From Tubulanus polymorphus (taxonomy: Eukaryota > Animalia > Nemertea), in NCBI RefSeq assembly GCF_964204645.1, contig NC_134026.1, positions 5,293,950 to 5,357,949 on the forward strand: a stretch of DNA of 64,000 nucleotides, given 5' to 3'. Each line of letters starts with the position of its first letter. Position 1 is the stretch's first letter. Below are positions 19,881-34,234 of the stretch, in pieces. Made by a program: the position numbers and the translations under genes. The notes under the pieces are model-generated. The model did no database searches. It worked only from the letters and a program-made list of their open reading frames with translations, and was not told where the DNA came from.

Positions 19881-22800
19881 ATGTCTGTGGTGCAAGTTGA
19901 CAATAGGACAGCATCTGCAGCATTCCGAACTCAGCTGAGTACATTGTGCTTGAAAGAATTCCCTTGCGGTTTAGGTTCATGGGTCAGTACTCTTCTACGT
20001 TATTTGCTCAGCTATTATGTTACCGCTCTTGTATTGTATTCATTCGTTGTTGGATTCGAATTTGAAGAGTTTTTATTTGTTATGTTATTTTAATTTCAGA
20101 TTGAAACAAACCAAACTGTATCACCAATCGACAATGTGGTGAAGTTAGAACCTATCAAAACAAGTCAAAGTCGTTTTGGCATAACTCTCAAAGGTGAATT
20201 AAATGAATTATGAATGAAGTGGATATTTTGCCAATTTGCCCTTAAATCTTGCTCGAACCCAAATTAAGAAAATTTATATTTTTGTATTGGCAAATAGGCT
20301 GTTAGCATTTACTAACTAGAATAATTTCAAATTGGCAAAATATCCATGTCCGATTAGGTGATGGCATTTTTCTTTTAAGATACCATAACATTTGAAAAAC
20401 ATGTTGCTTAGGCTTATGTATTTCCCATAGATTATGGTGCAAATTATGAGCGAGCGGAAACTCGCGAAGAATACGTGAATTCAAAGTATTCTCCGTGGCA
20501 TTTGGATTATAGTTGGAGCAATGAAGCCTGTAATCTGCGAATGGTAGCTGCTAAATCTCCATGGCTCATCGACGATCGTTTCGTTTTCAACTACTTCAAA
20601 ACTTTACGAATCATTGATAAAAATGTAAGTTCTATAATTAGATAGAAACCTGGGCCCGGTCTCATAGACTGAGTATCAAAGTTATCCCTAGGGGTAAATC
20701 CTCAATCTGGGTAACTACCACCTTAGTAACGATGAGAAACCATGGTTATAACTGACGAATTTCAATATATTCCCAGGGACTATTTTTCTTCCACATCTAT
20801 GAAACCCGTCCCTGGTTTATACAAATCTAAAAGGTCAAAAACTAAATCAATTTATTGAAAATTCAAACAAAAGATGCAACGTTTTGGACTCTCTAGAGAC
20901 CACCATCATGCTATTTCTAATCAATTCCTTTCCTTCTTCATTGTAGGTCACCCGTCTGGATAGCGGGTTACTGAAGTTGAAACTATTAGAAGAATTAACG
21001 TTGAGTGCTAACTTTTTGGAAACGGTTGATTCTAATAATTTGCCTAAGAACGTAAAAGTAAGTAATACCGGGTATGTATAATAATTGTGTGAAGAATGCA
21101 TTCATTTCTAGATACTATAAATGACCTTTTATCACTCAGGTTTTAGAGTTATGCGCAAATGAAATCAGTGATCTCTCCGCTTTATGCCGGAAACCACCTC
21201 TTTTGGAGCATCTTGGACTTGGATACAATAAAATATATTCCATTGATGATTACATCTCTGGTGAAACATGGTAAAAACTTCATTGGTGGTGAATCGATTA
21301 TTTGATAAACCAGTTGTTTCTATTCTTCCTGTTCAATATGATTATCCGTATTTACAGGCCGAACTTGCTGTCACTGGATCTAGGCAGAAATAATCTTTCT
21401 GACTTGTTAGATATCGTTCGTAAGCTTTCGACCCTTCCAAAATTACGCAATCTTATCCTTCAAGGGAATCCTCTTGCTGTGAGTATGATAATGAACATGT
21501 ATATACATCTTATAAATATCTGATGCCTTTTTTTCTCTACATTTGAAGATTGTATTTTGTAGTTGATAGCTGGCTACCGAGGTTATACCATAGACAGTCT
21601 TCGGGAACTGACAATTTTGGATGATTTGAGAATATCTGCAGATGAAAAGCACCATTTCAAAGGCCTAGCAAAGCGAAGAGGTGAATTCATAAAACATTTT
21701 ATATTTGTTGAAATCCATGCATTTCCCTTCCTGTTAAGTCAGATGTTTGTTTCTTGATAGAATTTATACTGGATGAAGCTAAAGTTCGTTTTGCTGTGAC
21801 ATGTTTGAAAGGGATACCGATGCCTGAAGAACTAAAGGTAACTAATGTTCTTTATTAAAAGATATGCATTCAATGCTAAGTTTTGAATCTTTCACGTTTT
21901 ACGATCGGTTGTATTTTTCATATTAGAATCCCGATGAACAACCAGAATATCCAATTATACAAAGAAAGTACTATGTCCAGTTCATGTTCTTGGAAGACAG
22001 TTCGTCAAAGGCAGAAGTATTTGAGTTACTAGGAGAGACCAGCTCTGACTCAAATTCTTATACTCAGAGAACTGAATTAACTGAACCAGATAATGTAAGT
22101 TTTGTGAATTTTCTTACGATTACTGCTAACCATAATGTTTATGAATGGCTTCATGTAAGTTACGCTTGAATGTTTTTTAGGAGGTGGCTACTGAGGCACC
22201 CACAGAGGAGCCAAACGAAAATAAAACCAGCACTTGTCTATCACCTGATTTGAGAAGTGTCAGTTTTGCTCATAGCATGGAGAATATACACCACGTCACG
22301 AGTGGGTCAATTGCTCAGCCAATATCTAAAGGTACACCAAATAAATATTTTTGTTGATTCTTTCAAATTATTTGTACCAGCCTGTATCATGAAATTTTAG
22401 TCGTGTGTGTGTTTCAGTCGAGTCGATTTGTTTGGATGAAAATCCACAGCCGGATGATGTTGCCGCCACATTATCTCAGCAAGAGAGTTCAAATTCACCA
22501 CCTGCTAACTGTTTCACTTACAATCTAGCACCGCTGGATAGTGAGAAAATCCTTTGGGCTGAAGAAACGGAGATGGACTGGTTTAAAAACGTAACCAGAG
22601 ATAATCTGCTTGGATTGAGAGATTTCCTGTTGAAGGGAATTGATATTTCAGTCATGGAAGAAAAGGTTATTTTAAAAGAGCATATACATGTGTATATTTG
22701 TAAGGATTAGGATTTTTGAATATTTATACCCAGCTATATTTGTCTAAGGTCCTTGCGTACCCAGCTGAGCAGGCTGCAGGTGAAAATTCAAGTCGAACAG

Positions 22801-23574
22801 GATCAGCGAAAAGTAAATCCAAGGACAAGTCGGCAAAACCAGGGAAAGATGCCAAAGGAAAGGTATGTGATCGAAATAGTAGTGTTCGTATTTACAGTTA
22901 TCTATTGTCGAATACATGAAATAATATTACCATTCCCCATTTCTCAAGAGTGCCAAGGATGACAAAAAAGATGATAAGAAGAAAGGAAAAAAGAAAGAGC
23001 CAGAGGTCGAATTGCAATATATGACTCCTGAATACACTACCCTTGCAAGTTTTCATATGTCCTTAGAAGAAATTCTGGAAGGGGAGTACGAGGTAGGCCT
23101 GAAATTGCTCAAGTGGCTTTAGTCCCTCAGCATTATTGATTTGTAGATTCATTACTCAATCTTTTTCCTAGCTTGAAGAAACATTAGTACATGGTGAAAT
23201 CGACATAGAAAATAAAACCGAAGAAGTCAAAGCGGAAAAATCAGTAAAAGGCAAGGGTAAAAAATCTCCAACTAAAGGAGGAAAGAAAGAAGGTAGATTT
23301 AGAAATCCCATTGAAAAACTTATTTATCCCATTTCTCTGCGTTAACCTGGTTTGTTTGCTTTCAGAGTCTAAAACACAAGCTGCTAAAAACAGCAAGGAC
23401 GATAAGAAAAAGAAAAACGAAAAACAGGTTGCTGATGATGATGAAGAAGAACCAACCCCTGAACCGTTGGAAATCATCGTCAAGTTGAAGCTGCATCACT
23501 GGACAACTGCGATGGATAGTGTACATGCAGAACAGGAGCGCGCTACCACTCGTTACACCACTGCTAAATCTTAA
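19881..23574 (+). CDS. LRRC43: Leucine-rich repeat-containing protein 43 (multi-exon)
   Basis: N-terminus [102 protein letters not shown] and a Lys-rich C-terminus match my recollection of the LRRC43 architecture. Confidence 0.85.
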
Positions 23575-23919
23575 AAAACCAATCCGTCCCTTTTAATCTT
23601 TCCTTTCACTGTGTGGCTGTGATATTTTACAACTTTTTAATATTCACATTAAAGTTTATTTGAATAAAGATTTTTCCATGTTTATGTAATTATTTTAAAA
23701 TAAGTGTTAAAGATTTTTGTGAGGTGATTAATTCTTTAAGGGGCTCGAACCGAAATCATTATGCAAGCTTACTTCGGTAGGTGAGCTATAGCGGATTCGG
23801 TAAAAACGCGGTTCTTAATCTCTTAATTCCAAGGTCGTCGAGCTGTCAAAATAAAAATGTTTGACGTGTGTGGAATCTCGGCCGAAAAGTGATGAATTTT
23901 AAGTACAAAAGAGCTGGAA

Positions 23920-26516
23920 ATGGAATCCAAAGTAAGATTTAAGCATCATGCTGACAAACACACACAAAGAATATTGTCAAGTTTACAGGAGCAACGCCGA
24001 AGTGAACAATTTTGCGATGTCATTTTTTGCATCGACGGAAAAAGATTCACCGCTCACAGGAACGTTGTTTCAGCCTCGAGCCCGTACTTTCTTGCTCTAT
24101 TGACTGGAAATATGAAAGAGAAATATGAAACAGATATAATACTGCACGATGTAGACCCAGAAACATTCCAAATATTACTAGATTTTATCTACAGTGGTGA
24201 GTTAGACTTGACATCATGGATTTGTCTTTTTCGGCCATACCCACAGTGGCTCATAACAGAGTTGTGTAAAAAACGATAATTTGTTAATCCATATAATATA
24301 TATTATAGACACTGGATTAACAGATTATCGCTTTTACCGTACCGGTACCTACAACTCAGATATGAGCCCTGTGGGTCATCCTTGTTTCACCAAGATGGCC
24401 AAATATAGTTTTGGCCTAATGATTACTTAACTACACATTCTAGCTGTATTTCTCAAATATTTGGATATCCTATAATTTCAAGGTGAAATTGAAGTGACTG
24501 ATAAAACTTGCCAAGACTTATTAGCCGCTGCAGATATGTTCGGCTTAAGCGATGTTACAACTGCTTGCTGCGGATTCCTTGCCACACAACTTCATCCGTC
24601 CAATTGTATCGGTAAGATATCTCGTACGCTGCTAGATCTGATTTCTTACAATCATATTCAAAATTAACATCATTTTGAATACATATTTTTGCAGGAATTT
24701 TTCAGTTCGCTGAAAGTCATTCGTGTTTGAAATTGATGAAAATCAGCGAAGCCTATATTGAAAATCATTTCCTTCAAATTGTCCAAGAAGACGAATTCCT
24801 AGCCATGCCCAAAGACAACCTCATATATCTGCTGAAAAGTGAAAATCTGAAAATCGATCACGAACTTCAAGTCTTCCAAGCTGCTCTGAAATGGTTGCTT
24901 CATAATCCATCGGAACGTCGCAGGGCCGTGTTCGACGTAGTGGCGCCGATTAGATTTCCGATCGTTGCTTTCAAACCGCTCGAAAAAACCGTCGACGACG
25001 TCGCCGATTTCAGTTTGAAAATCGCGTTGAAAAAACTGCTGCAAGATTACCACACCGACCGCCGTCTGCCGTTCGAAGTTAAACTCAGCCGGTTGAAACT
25101 ATGCCAACTGCAGCCGCGTAAAAATTCTCGAAAAAAGATCTATATCATCGGCGGATATAGTCGGCCGGTCGGAGGTCGATGGAGCGATCTTCGCACTTTG
25201 TCGAAAAACGAATGCTTCGATTCGTTTCAGCAAGAATGGATCGATCAAGCGCCATTGCGTTGCGCGCGTAGTGGTTTAGGCGTCGCTGTGCTGAACGGAC
25301 TGATATACGCGATCGGCGGTGAAAACGATTCCCTCATCTATGACACCGTCGAATGCTTCGATCCATCCCAGAATAAATGGACCTTCATTCCGAACATGAC
25401 GTATCCGAGATCGGCTCTGGCGGTGTGCGCGTTCGACGAGTTTATATTCGCGTTCGGCGGTTGGATCGGCTCTGAAATCGGCGATTGCATCGAAGTTTAC
25501 GATCCCAACCTCAATTTGTGGAAACGCGTTGGCGCTATGAAAACTAAACGCGTGGCAATGTCCATCGTTGAACATCAAGGTACGGGCATTATAATTTCAT
25601 ATCGAATTCACTTATAAGTAAAATTCTTTTCATAGAGATCTCGTAACCAATTTGTCGTCTTTTCTTTTCATTAATAAAAGGTCTCCTTTACGTAATTGGT
25701 GGAGTAAGTGATTTGGGATTAGAAATGTCCTTAGTGGAGAGTTACAACCCCGTAATACAAGAATGGGTGACACTGGCCAGTATGCATACAAAACGGGCAC
25801 ATTTCGGAGCTGCGGTTTTAGACGATTATATCTATGTTGTCGGTGGCTCGAATGGTTATGGAGATGTACTCAACACGATGGAACGCTATTCGCCAATTCT
25901 GGTGAGAACATAATTTTATTCTATGTTTCACAAAGTGAAGGTTGATTTAAACAAGAATAATAACTTTTGATAATGACAAGTAAATGATAAGCTTGAATGA
26001 TAGGCCTATGTTTATTGACGCCTTGAAAAACCACATACAGTCAACCCCTATATACTGCCCTCCCATTTACCGCCACCTCGCCAGGTTTACTCAATGTACA
26101 TCTCAATACAAATACATGTCCATAATAAAACCACCAGGTATATCGCCATGCTCTCTCTACTGCCAAAATTGTTCTGCACCGATGTTGGCAGTATATCGGG
26201 GGTTGACTGTATACTGGTATTGCTTTGTCGACAAAGCACAGCTTGCAAACATATTTTCTGTGGGAACTGATGATTTGTGTCTGAATTATAGGATAAATGG
26301 CAGGAGATGCCTAATCTGAGTATAGGCAGAGCTGGTCCCTGTGTTACTACTATCAACGGTATGATTTATGTTATGGGTGGCCATAAAGCGGGTGATGAAC
26401 TGCACGCACCGGAGACGCTTGATACCGTCGAATGCTTTGATCCTCAAACAAGTAGTTGGATCGAAGTTGGTTATATGCTGTCTAGTCACTGTGAGGCTGG
26501 AGTGGCTGTTCTATAA
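23920..26516 (+). CDS. IPP: Actin-binding protein IPP (BTB-BACK-Kelch, KLHL27)
   Basis: Exons ~23920-24196, 24483-24611, 24695-25579, 25681-25901, 26292-26516. BTB DKHTQRIL..FCDV..AHRNVVSASSPYF; IPP-typical IGGYSRPVGGRWSDLRTL and FAFGGWIGSEIG Kelch repeats; ends CEAGVAVL*. Confidence 0.88.
26038..26209. mobile_element. Tc1/mariner-type MITE in the last IPP intron
   Basis: TA|CAGTCAACCCCTATATACTGCC ... GGCAGTATATCGGGGGTTGACTG|TA; degenerate relatives at ~33495-33586, ~40395-40483 and ~55105-55195. Confidence 0.75.
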
Positions 26517-26835
26517 ACATAGCAGGACTTTGTTTTGCTCAAGCGCTAGTAGAATCTGAATGTTTCTATAGACTGTTTAATTTGGTTATTGTGTTCATCT
26601 AGTCATTGTAAACGAAATTCTCTGAGTAGTCTGCATCCGATTAGGGGTAAAATTATTTTTGTGATCAAGGTTTGAATCTGAATCAAATGAGTTATTTATT
26701 GAATTATATAATTTGTCAATTTTTTTTTCAACAAGAAATTTATTTGCCACTACATACATTAGTCCATAATACTTACAAAATCAACTTGAAAACCGCATTA
26801 GGACGCATTGTATGCTAGTGTAGGTGAAAGTTAAG

Positions 26836-27136
26836 TTAATTAATGTACATAGATGGCGGACCAAATGCAAAGGTAAGAAAAAAAGAAGTAACTGTCAAGC
26901 ATTTCACCAAGTGAACCCTTTCTTCCAAAAATATATAATTTATTTTCTTTAAAAAATGTATATGATTTATTTTGATTTTTTGGTTTACCTTTGTCAGCGA
27001 TATGATGTTGGCATTGAGCCAATTCATGTAAAATCGCGGTACGTTTTTTTATGTGAGCATTTGTTTCATTGGTTCTCGGCTTAAAAGACGTATAATCGAT
27101 GCGATTGAAGACATGGCGAACCTCCGTCGATGACAT
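26836..27136 (-). CDS. Candidate small orphan protein (~77 aa spliced), unknown function
   Basis: Acceptor ttttcgtag at 27156, ACCATG at 27136, donor AG|GTAAAC at 26988, weak acceptor at 26922, upstream donor GTAAG near 27474, AATAAA (minus) at 26739-26744. No recognisable homology. Confidence 0.3.
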
Positions 27137-27855
27137 GGTCAACTGAGTTAAAATTCTACGAAAAACTGATTTTGGCGGGAAAATTATTAGCTCTCGCGTA
27201 TAAAATTGCAATGACCTCGATTGGGGGGGCGTTGTCTCTACGAACAAATGGGATTGTTTTTTGGATATACGGGGAATTCCGGCGCTACTAAAATTATGGG
27301 AAAGCCATAGAATGGTGTACGTTTCATTGGACTAGGTGCCGTATACGTGCCGATTTCAAATGCTCATTGCTGGTGAGGATGTAATTATTTCACTCATCTG
27401 CCATAGGTATTGTTTCATTTTAATACCCGGTGATTGTTTTGATTGACATTGAGGTGTAAGCGAATATTCACTTACACGAGGCCTCCACATGCACGCGGAG
27501 TGCTACACCACACACACACACACACACACAAGCTCGTACAGTACACTACGGTGATGCTGTAACGCGTGAACGTTTGATATGAAAATAGGCTGAATAATCA
27601 TAGCAGAAGATGAGCGCTGTGTTTTCTGTTCGATAGAATTTGTAATAAATTGTAATTTCTTGTGACCTGAAAATACTAAGCAGCAAACTAAAAGGTCTGT
27701 CGAGGTCTGAATATTGTAGTGGTAAATTCCAGGACTTAAAACGATCTAATAGCCGATTTCTTCTGTACCACCGATATTTTAGCTTCCGTGGCCAACATTG
27801 GAAGAGGTTTCCAAGACCCAATATTCAGCCACCCTCTGATATGTGATGAATACTA

Positions 27856-28424
27856 GGCCATCCCAAAATAATGGTCTGTTTGCCGTAACCCGACCAACCT
27901 GACTTCAGAGGTACCGAGTGAAAACTTTTTTCTAGGATTCATTGAAATAAATTTTATTTTTGATAAAAACAGCCGACCGACTATGAGCTACGTATGTTTG
28001 AATTCTAGTGTGCATGGTGTGAAAACATGCCTTGACATGTGGCCTAGTTTAAGTTTCCAGGAAACTGGCAGTGTTCCAATAAGCTGCCATTCATTCTAAT
28101 AGTGACTAAAGTGACTGAATAGCTGGTAACGTGAAAGCGCGCACATATTCAATGTACCGTTTCATTTTTAAGACAGAGATGACGCTCTGGACGAAGTTAT
28201 AATTTTAGAATAATTCTTGAAATCTACGCTATTAGACAAATTTCCTGTGCGCAACGTAGATGATTTTTTGCGATATTGTTTCCATGTAAAAAAGCCCAAA
28301 GGTGAAAAATTTGTTTTTTTTTTTGCCCAAAAATTTTGCAAAAAAAAAATTCTACCTACCTACCGACTCATCCTGAAAAGTTGAGTCGGTGTTGCAGCAA
28401 ACAGACAATTATTTTGGGATGGCC
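27856..28424. mobile_element. MITE, PIF/Harbinger-like
   Basis: TIR GGCCATCCCAAAATAAT(G/T)GTCTGTTTGC at both ends, flanked by CTA and TTA. Confidence 0.7.
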
Positions 28425-29257
28425 TTATTTGAATATTTTTTCATATTATATTAAACATATTTTTTTGAAAATATAAAATAGTTTCCCTGCCGTGCCTACC
28501 TGTACCCTACAAACTTTTAGACGTGGACCGCAAACAAATGTATATCTTTGGTCTTATTTGACTACAAAATAATTCTTTAGGAAAGATAAAATACAATATA
28601 AACTGTGGATCTTTGAAGTCACGAATTAAAAAGATTTTTCAAGCAATGCCCTTACTCCAAACAACCTCTAGCTTTCAAGGTAAACCACACTTTGCCCATG
28701 GGCAATTTATTTGGTTTATCTGGCTATAAAAGCTTTTCACCAATGAACGACTAGGTCTATCTTATTTATACGAAGAAAGTACCGGGAGAATTATCTAGGT
28801 ACTTAAGTTTTTCATTCAGATTTAACACCCGATAAGCTTCACTAACAATTAGGTGACTTAACTGGGTTGTAGTTCGTTTTAATTTTAAAATCTAGCTTTT
28901 CACCAGCGCGTTTCACCAAGCGACAACCTCCCAAAGAAAAAATTTGAAAATTAAATCGCCGGAGATGCGTTTTGGGGCCACACGGTCTCATTCACAGAAG
29001 CATGAGGATCGAGAGGTCGTGTGTTTATTGCGGGCAAAACGGGTCTCTGTCATCAACAACTTAAAATAGGACGTATAGCCTATTCATTGCTCCATATACA
29101 ATACACTCATGTCATTCGAAATACGTCAACGATTCATCGGGCAGTCTAAGCTTACATATGTAGTACTATCTAAATTTAGTCGTCGGTTCCTCAAACAAGG
29201 CCGAACTAGAACAACGACTTGTAATTCAATTATATTAACAATAATAATAATTCAATT

Positions 29258-29553
<296 letters not shown>

Positions 29554-29880
29554 CTGGGGTAAAAGATTTGTTTGTCAGGTCCTTGTGGATATTACAAATA
29601 TAGAATTTCGTTCAAGAAAATTTAATTATTACGTAGTAAAACAACTACGCAATGAATTGATATTTAATTATTATTATCATCATACTATAATCCCAACTAA
29701 CGAACTATCGGTTTCCTGGTCCCGTGAAGTTCGTTGTAACGAGGCTTGTATTGTATAGGCCTACACCACAGGTTTAAACACGCGCCGCTAGTGGTAGGCT
29801 AACTCAACAAAGGGAATTCCCTTCACACACAGTTCAGCGCGACGACCAGACCCTTGACAACTATCAACAGGCAGCGTGCG

Positions 29881-32800
29881 ATGGCGAACTACGGCAGTGA
29901 TCACGGTGGACGAGACGGGTAATTTTAGATAATTCATCTGTTTTATGATTTTACACGTAGGCCTACTATACAAATATATACAAATTCAACTGTGGGCTCA
30001 TTCTGGGGCACCTTGCCACAGCATTTATCGTGAACTATCACGCGATCATGGGGTACCACATGGACATTGGGTTGGTACATGGAGCTTTAGTATTTATAAT
30101 ATAGTCTATAGTATGTTGAAATCTGTCACGTCAAACGATTACGTCCGCGTATGAAACTTTCACAGTCGCTTAAATACTAGGAAACATAGAAGGTCGAGTT
30201 CGTATGTGGTGAATTTTTGTTACTCGGTTGATTAAATATTGCCGAAATAAAAGAAATTGAAATTTAGAAGTAGCGCCAGCCTCGTGTAGAAGTAAATCTG
30301 TATTAGTCCGCGCTTAAAATAGTGCCACGCATTTATTTTTAAAATAGCACTTTACACGGGCCTATACTGATTTAAAGCTCTTTATTTCCGTAGTTAGATA
30401 TCGGGACATTTATTTTGTAGTTTAATGCCAGAAATTTCGGTATTTTTTCTTAGTTTGTGTGTCAGAATGTTAACAAGTCACAAGGCGATTTCGAGTACAC
30501 GTGCTAAACTGCCGTTGTGTTCACGTGCACTCTAAATCGAGTACACTCCATCCTCGCTTGCCAGGAGCCGGTGTCGCTCCCCGAACTGTCCGGGGATCGG
30601 CTTTATAGCTACTAAAAAAAAGTTCGAATCCTTAGAAGGGTGAAGACTGAACACACGCAGTATAGTTGTTTACTATTTAGTAAAACTCTGATCCTACGAA
30701 CTATTTAAATCACGAGAAAATCATGTTGCCAACAACTTCACAAACGGCCGCGAAGTCCAATTTAATTAGGCCTTAGGTCCCACTCACACGGGCTCGCATT
30801 TGAAGTTTAGTAGTGGGGGTGAATTGCTTAGATCATCCAATATCCAAGGTACTATATATATATATATATTTCTTTTACCTTGGATATTGGATGATCTAAA
30901 CAACAGTTCACCCCCAAACTTCTAATACGAGCCCCTGTGCTCCCATCTTCGTATTGAAACTGGACAACATCCAATACAAGTTTCTGGAATGGAAGGATCT
31001 GTCAATTTTTCTCAGATCAATCAGTTGATGATGGGCGGAGTCTCGAACCTGACGGCATCGTATACAGCTTCGACGAGTTTAAACTTAGTCCGGTTCACGG
31101 TGAAACCAGATGAATTTATATAAGTAAGAATTATGTGCAGCACTGTTTATTTATTAATCATGCAATACTGTCTCAACTCTCCCGATTAGGTTCATAGCAC
31201 GCAACATAGGCTATAACACAAAAAAATCGCTACATACATGTGCATGTTATACTCTCCAAGTTTACAATGAGGATGACTGACAGCCTTCGTCTGAACGTGG
31301 CTTAAACTTTAATGCACGGCAGAAGTATCGATCAAGTATCGCATAACAAAGTCATAACAAAGTCAAAACGAATGCGCCAATTTTCTATTTTCACCACATT
31401 ATTGGTTACTATGGAAGTAACCTAACCCATCAAATACATCCATTGATTATGCACAGAAGACCCGGTGATATTAGGTGATATTAGTCGAACTATTAGTAGG
31501 CCCTATTCCTATAGCGACGATTTAAGCGAGGTCAGCTGTACCATAAATGTTGCATTGTATGTTGACCTCAATTCTTTGTCTAATAGAGTGAAACTACTTG
31601 CAAACATGTTTGAAGCCTTACCAATGAACTCGTCTTCACCCTGAGTTTGAGTCTGTCTGTGTCGTCTTTCTGAATTGATTTTTGGCCTATAGACATTTAT
31701 TGCTTTTAAAATTTTCAAATTTGTAGACAAGAGGTGAAGGCTTTTATAACGTATACAGAGCCAAAAATTTTTTGGGGTCCAAAATCAAAGATCTATGTAA
31801 GGGCCAGCCGAACAATTCGGATTGGATTTGCTGTGGTGCACTTTGCAAGATTGAACATGTTCACGGATTATATTTCATAGTTTTGTGAGCACGTTCAGTC
31901 ACTAGTGACAAACCGTTTTATAATCCTAAGATAATTGCTCTAGATTAAAGCAATAGAGACATTGAGTACGTACACAGTGGTCAACCTCGTTACAACATGG
32001 ACGTATAAACTATAGGCCCTAACAAGTTTATACGGCTATGGTTACAGCGAACTTCACGGTAATAGAAAATATGTTCTTTAAAATATGTTCTTTTGGCCGT
32101 TTTATCCAGTATGAAATTGATTATTTTAAATCTCTTAACGTACTTGGGGCGAAATTCTATATTTGTTATGCGATTAATTGTTGCTTTTGAGTTCTTTTCG
32201 GGCTCTATCGTACTGGGTGTAAATACATCCATAGTTCTGGGCAAAACCTCGCTGCAGAGAGACGTTTGTTACATAGAGGGATGGCCTTACGTTTGAACTT
32301 TCAGCATCACATCTACTTTGTCACTCCGAGTCATTGACCCCATGCATAAATCAAGTCGATCGGTTTTATCAAAAATTCATAGATGAATTTCTGGTATAAA
32401 TGAATATTGATATAGTGGTTATGATATACATTCAATTTTCGGTCTGATGGATTGACCGGAAGCATCCAACTTGAGGTTTTAGGCTTAAGGCCGATTTCAC
32501 TGAATGTTTTCGCAGAGTTTTTGGAGCCGATTCCCAAGCATCATATTTCGGACAGTATTCTTACAGTTGTCTGGTGATCCGTCATAGAATTATACAGGAC
32601 CCAGATCCACAGTTGTGAGTTAGAGTTAACTCTGAGTTAAAGTTAGTTCATTTTCAATGTTTTAACCCAGGGTCAAATCTTAACTCAGAACTGTGGAACT
32701 GGACCCAGATGTCTAAGTAATAATCGATTAATGCAAATTCAAAGGGTTGATCCAAGATTTCCAACGGTCGATAACTCTGCTGGTCTTCCCCCGGGATTTT

Positions 32801-34234
32801 GAAAAATTGCTCCCTTTTTCAATGCATCTGAGCATTGATCATTCCATATGTAACATATGACGAAAACTGAAAATTAATAATACGAAGGAAATTTTCCAAG
32901 CGTTGCAACAAAGCATATCCAATGATTTTTATATCGATCAATGATGGTGTCATGAATTTTCTTGTTTATTTTTTTCTTGTAGCGGTTATAACAATTACGG
33001 TGGTAGACAAAGAGGTGGATACGGTAGAAATGGAGATGACGAATATCCACAAGAAATCCCTACTGAACCGCCGTTTAAAGCTTACGTCGGAAATCTACCT
33101 TATAGCTTCGTTCAAGAAGATCTACTCAAAATCTTCAGTAATTTAGACGTAAGTCTAACCTAAAATTTACATTTGAAATGTCACATGATCGGTAATGATC
33201 ATGATTTTCGAAATTATGTTTAGCATACGCAGGTCGAAAAAAAACCATCAGCATCGAAAAACGAATCGGAGTTAATAAGATTTTTACATACGTAATTTAA
33301 ATAACCTGCATTCGAATTATATATCGCGTTTAAGGGGGACGATCGAATGACAACCGGATCAGATCGAAATCAGGATTAACCTGTTCCAGTTTAAGCAGGG
33401 TTTACCTGGATTACAGCAGACACTTTTTGGTGGTCAATTCACGCGTTGTATTAGATTTTAAAATTGAATGTTTAATATTTACTTGGTGTCTACCCCCAAA
33501 ACCGCCCTCCCATATATACCGGCACCCCATCTTACCGCCAGGTTTTCTCATCTGTACATCAGACCAATATCGGGAGTTTTGACGGTATTATCACTATCTA
33601 ACCTTTAATTGTCCTGTTTTTCAGGTTAAAGATGCTCGTATGATAAACGATAGAGATACTGGTAAATTCAAAGGATTTGCTTACGTCGAATTTGCCGATG
33701 CGGATAATTTAAGCAAGGCGCTTGAATTACACGGCTCAGTGAGTAAATTCTTTCTCAAATCATCGATAATTCAAAACAGTCGTTAACAAAACTATTCGCC
33801 GTATTTGATTCTGTATCACTTTTACGATTCCATACATTTTAGTCATGTGGTGAAAGAAGTATGCGGGTCAAAGTTGCGCATGAGCGGACTGACGGTGGAG
33901 GTCGTGGAGGTAATGTAGCGATTAAAACAATCAAGATTTCAAATGTCTAATCTACAAAGCAGATGAGCTATGATTGACCTTTATATTTAAATTTTCGGCT
34001 GAAAATTCAGATTCCAGCGGCCATTAAATCCGATCGGCCTATTTTATAAATGCTCATTGGTTTTATCTGCTATATTGAAATGACATTTTCAATTTTGGTA
34101 TTACAGGCTACAGAGGTTATGATAGAGGCGACCGAAGTTTTGATAGAGGTGGATACCGAGGAGGTTACAGGCGCGGCGGCGGATATAACGATCGAGGCGG
34201 TTACGGGGGCGGTCGATTCTCGTCTGATCAATGA
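29881..34234 (+). CDS. eIF4H-like paralog type A, copy A1 (intact ORF, 170 aa; RRM plus RGG tail, lacks conserved C-terminal segment)
   Basis: Exons 29881-29918 (MANYGSDHGGRDG), 32983-33148 (PTEPPFKAYVGNLP), 33625-33738 ([14 protein letters not shown]), 33843-33909, 34107-34234 (RGG-rich, TGA); 513 nt with consistent phases. Confidence 0.8.
30786..30939. repeat. Long hairpin/MITE with (TA)n loop (duplicate at ~52434-52581)
   Basis: TAGATCATCCAATATCCAAGGTA / TACCTTGGATATTGGATGATCTA perfect arms, extended by imperfect outer arms. Confidence 0.75.

Noticed and set aside
24799-25578. Antisense ORFs inside the large IPP exon (and overlapping ORFs in the PLA2 exon)
   Set aside because: Shadow frames of GC-richer coding exons.
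26853-26878. ATGGCGGACCAAATGCAAAG|GTAAG as eIF4H exon 1
   Set aside because: The phase fits, but each eIF4H copy has its own mutually homologous MANYG exon 1; this site lies just past IPP with no promoter-like context. Cannot be fully excluded as an alternative exon.
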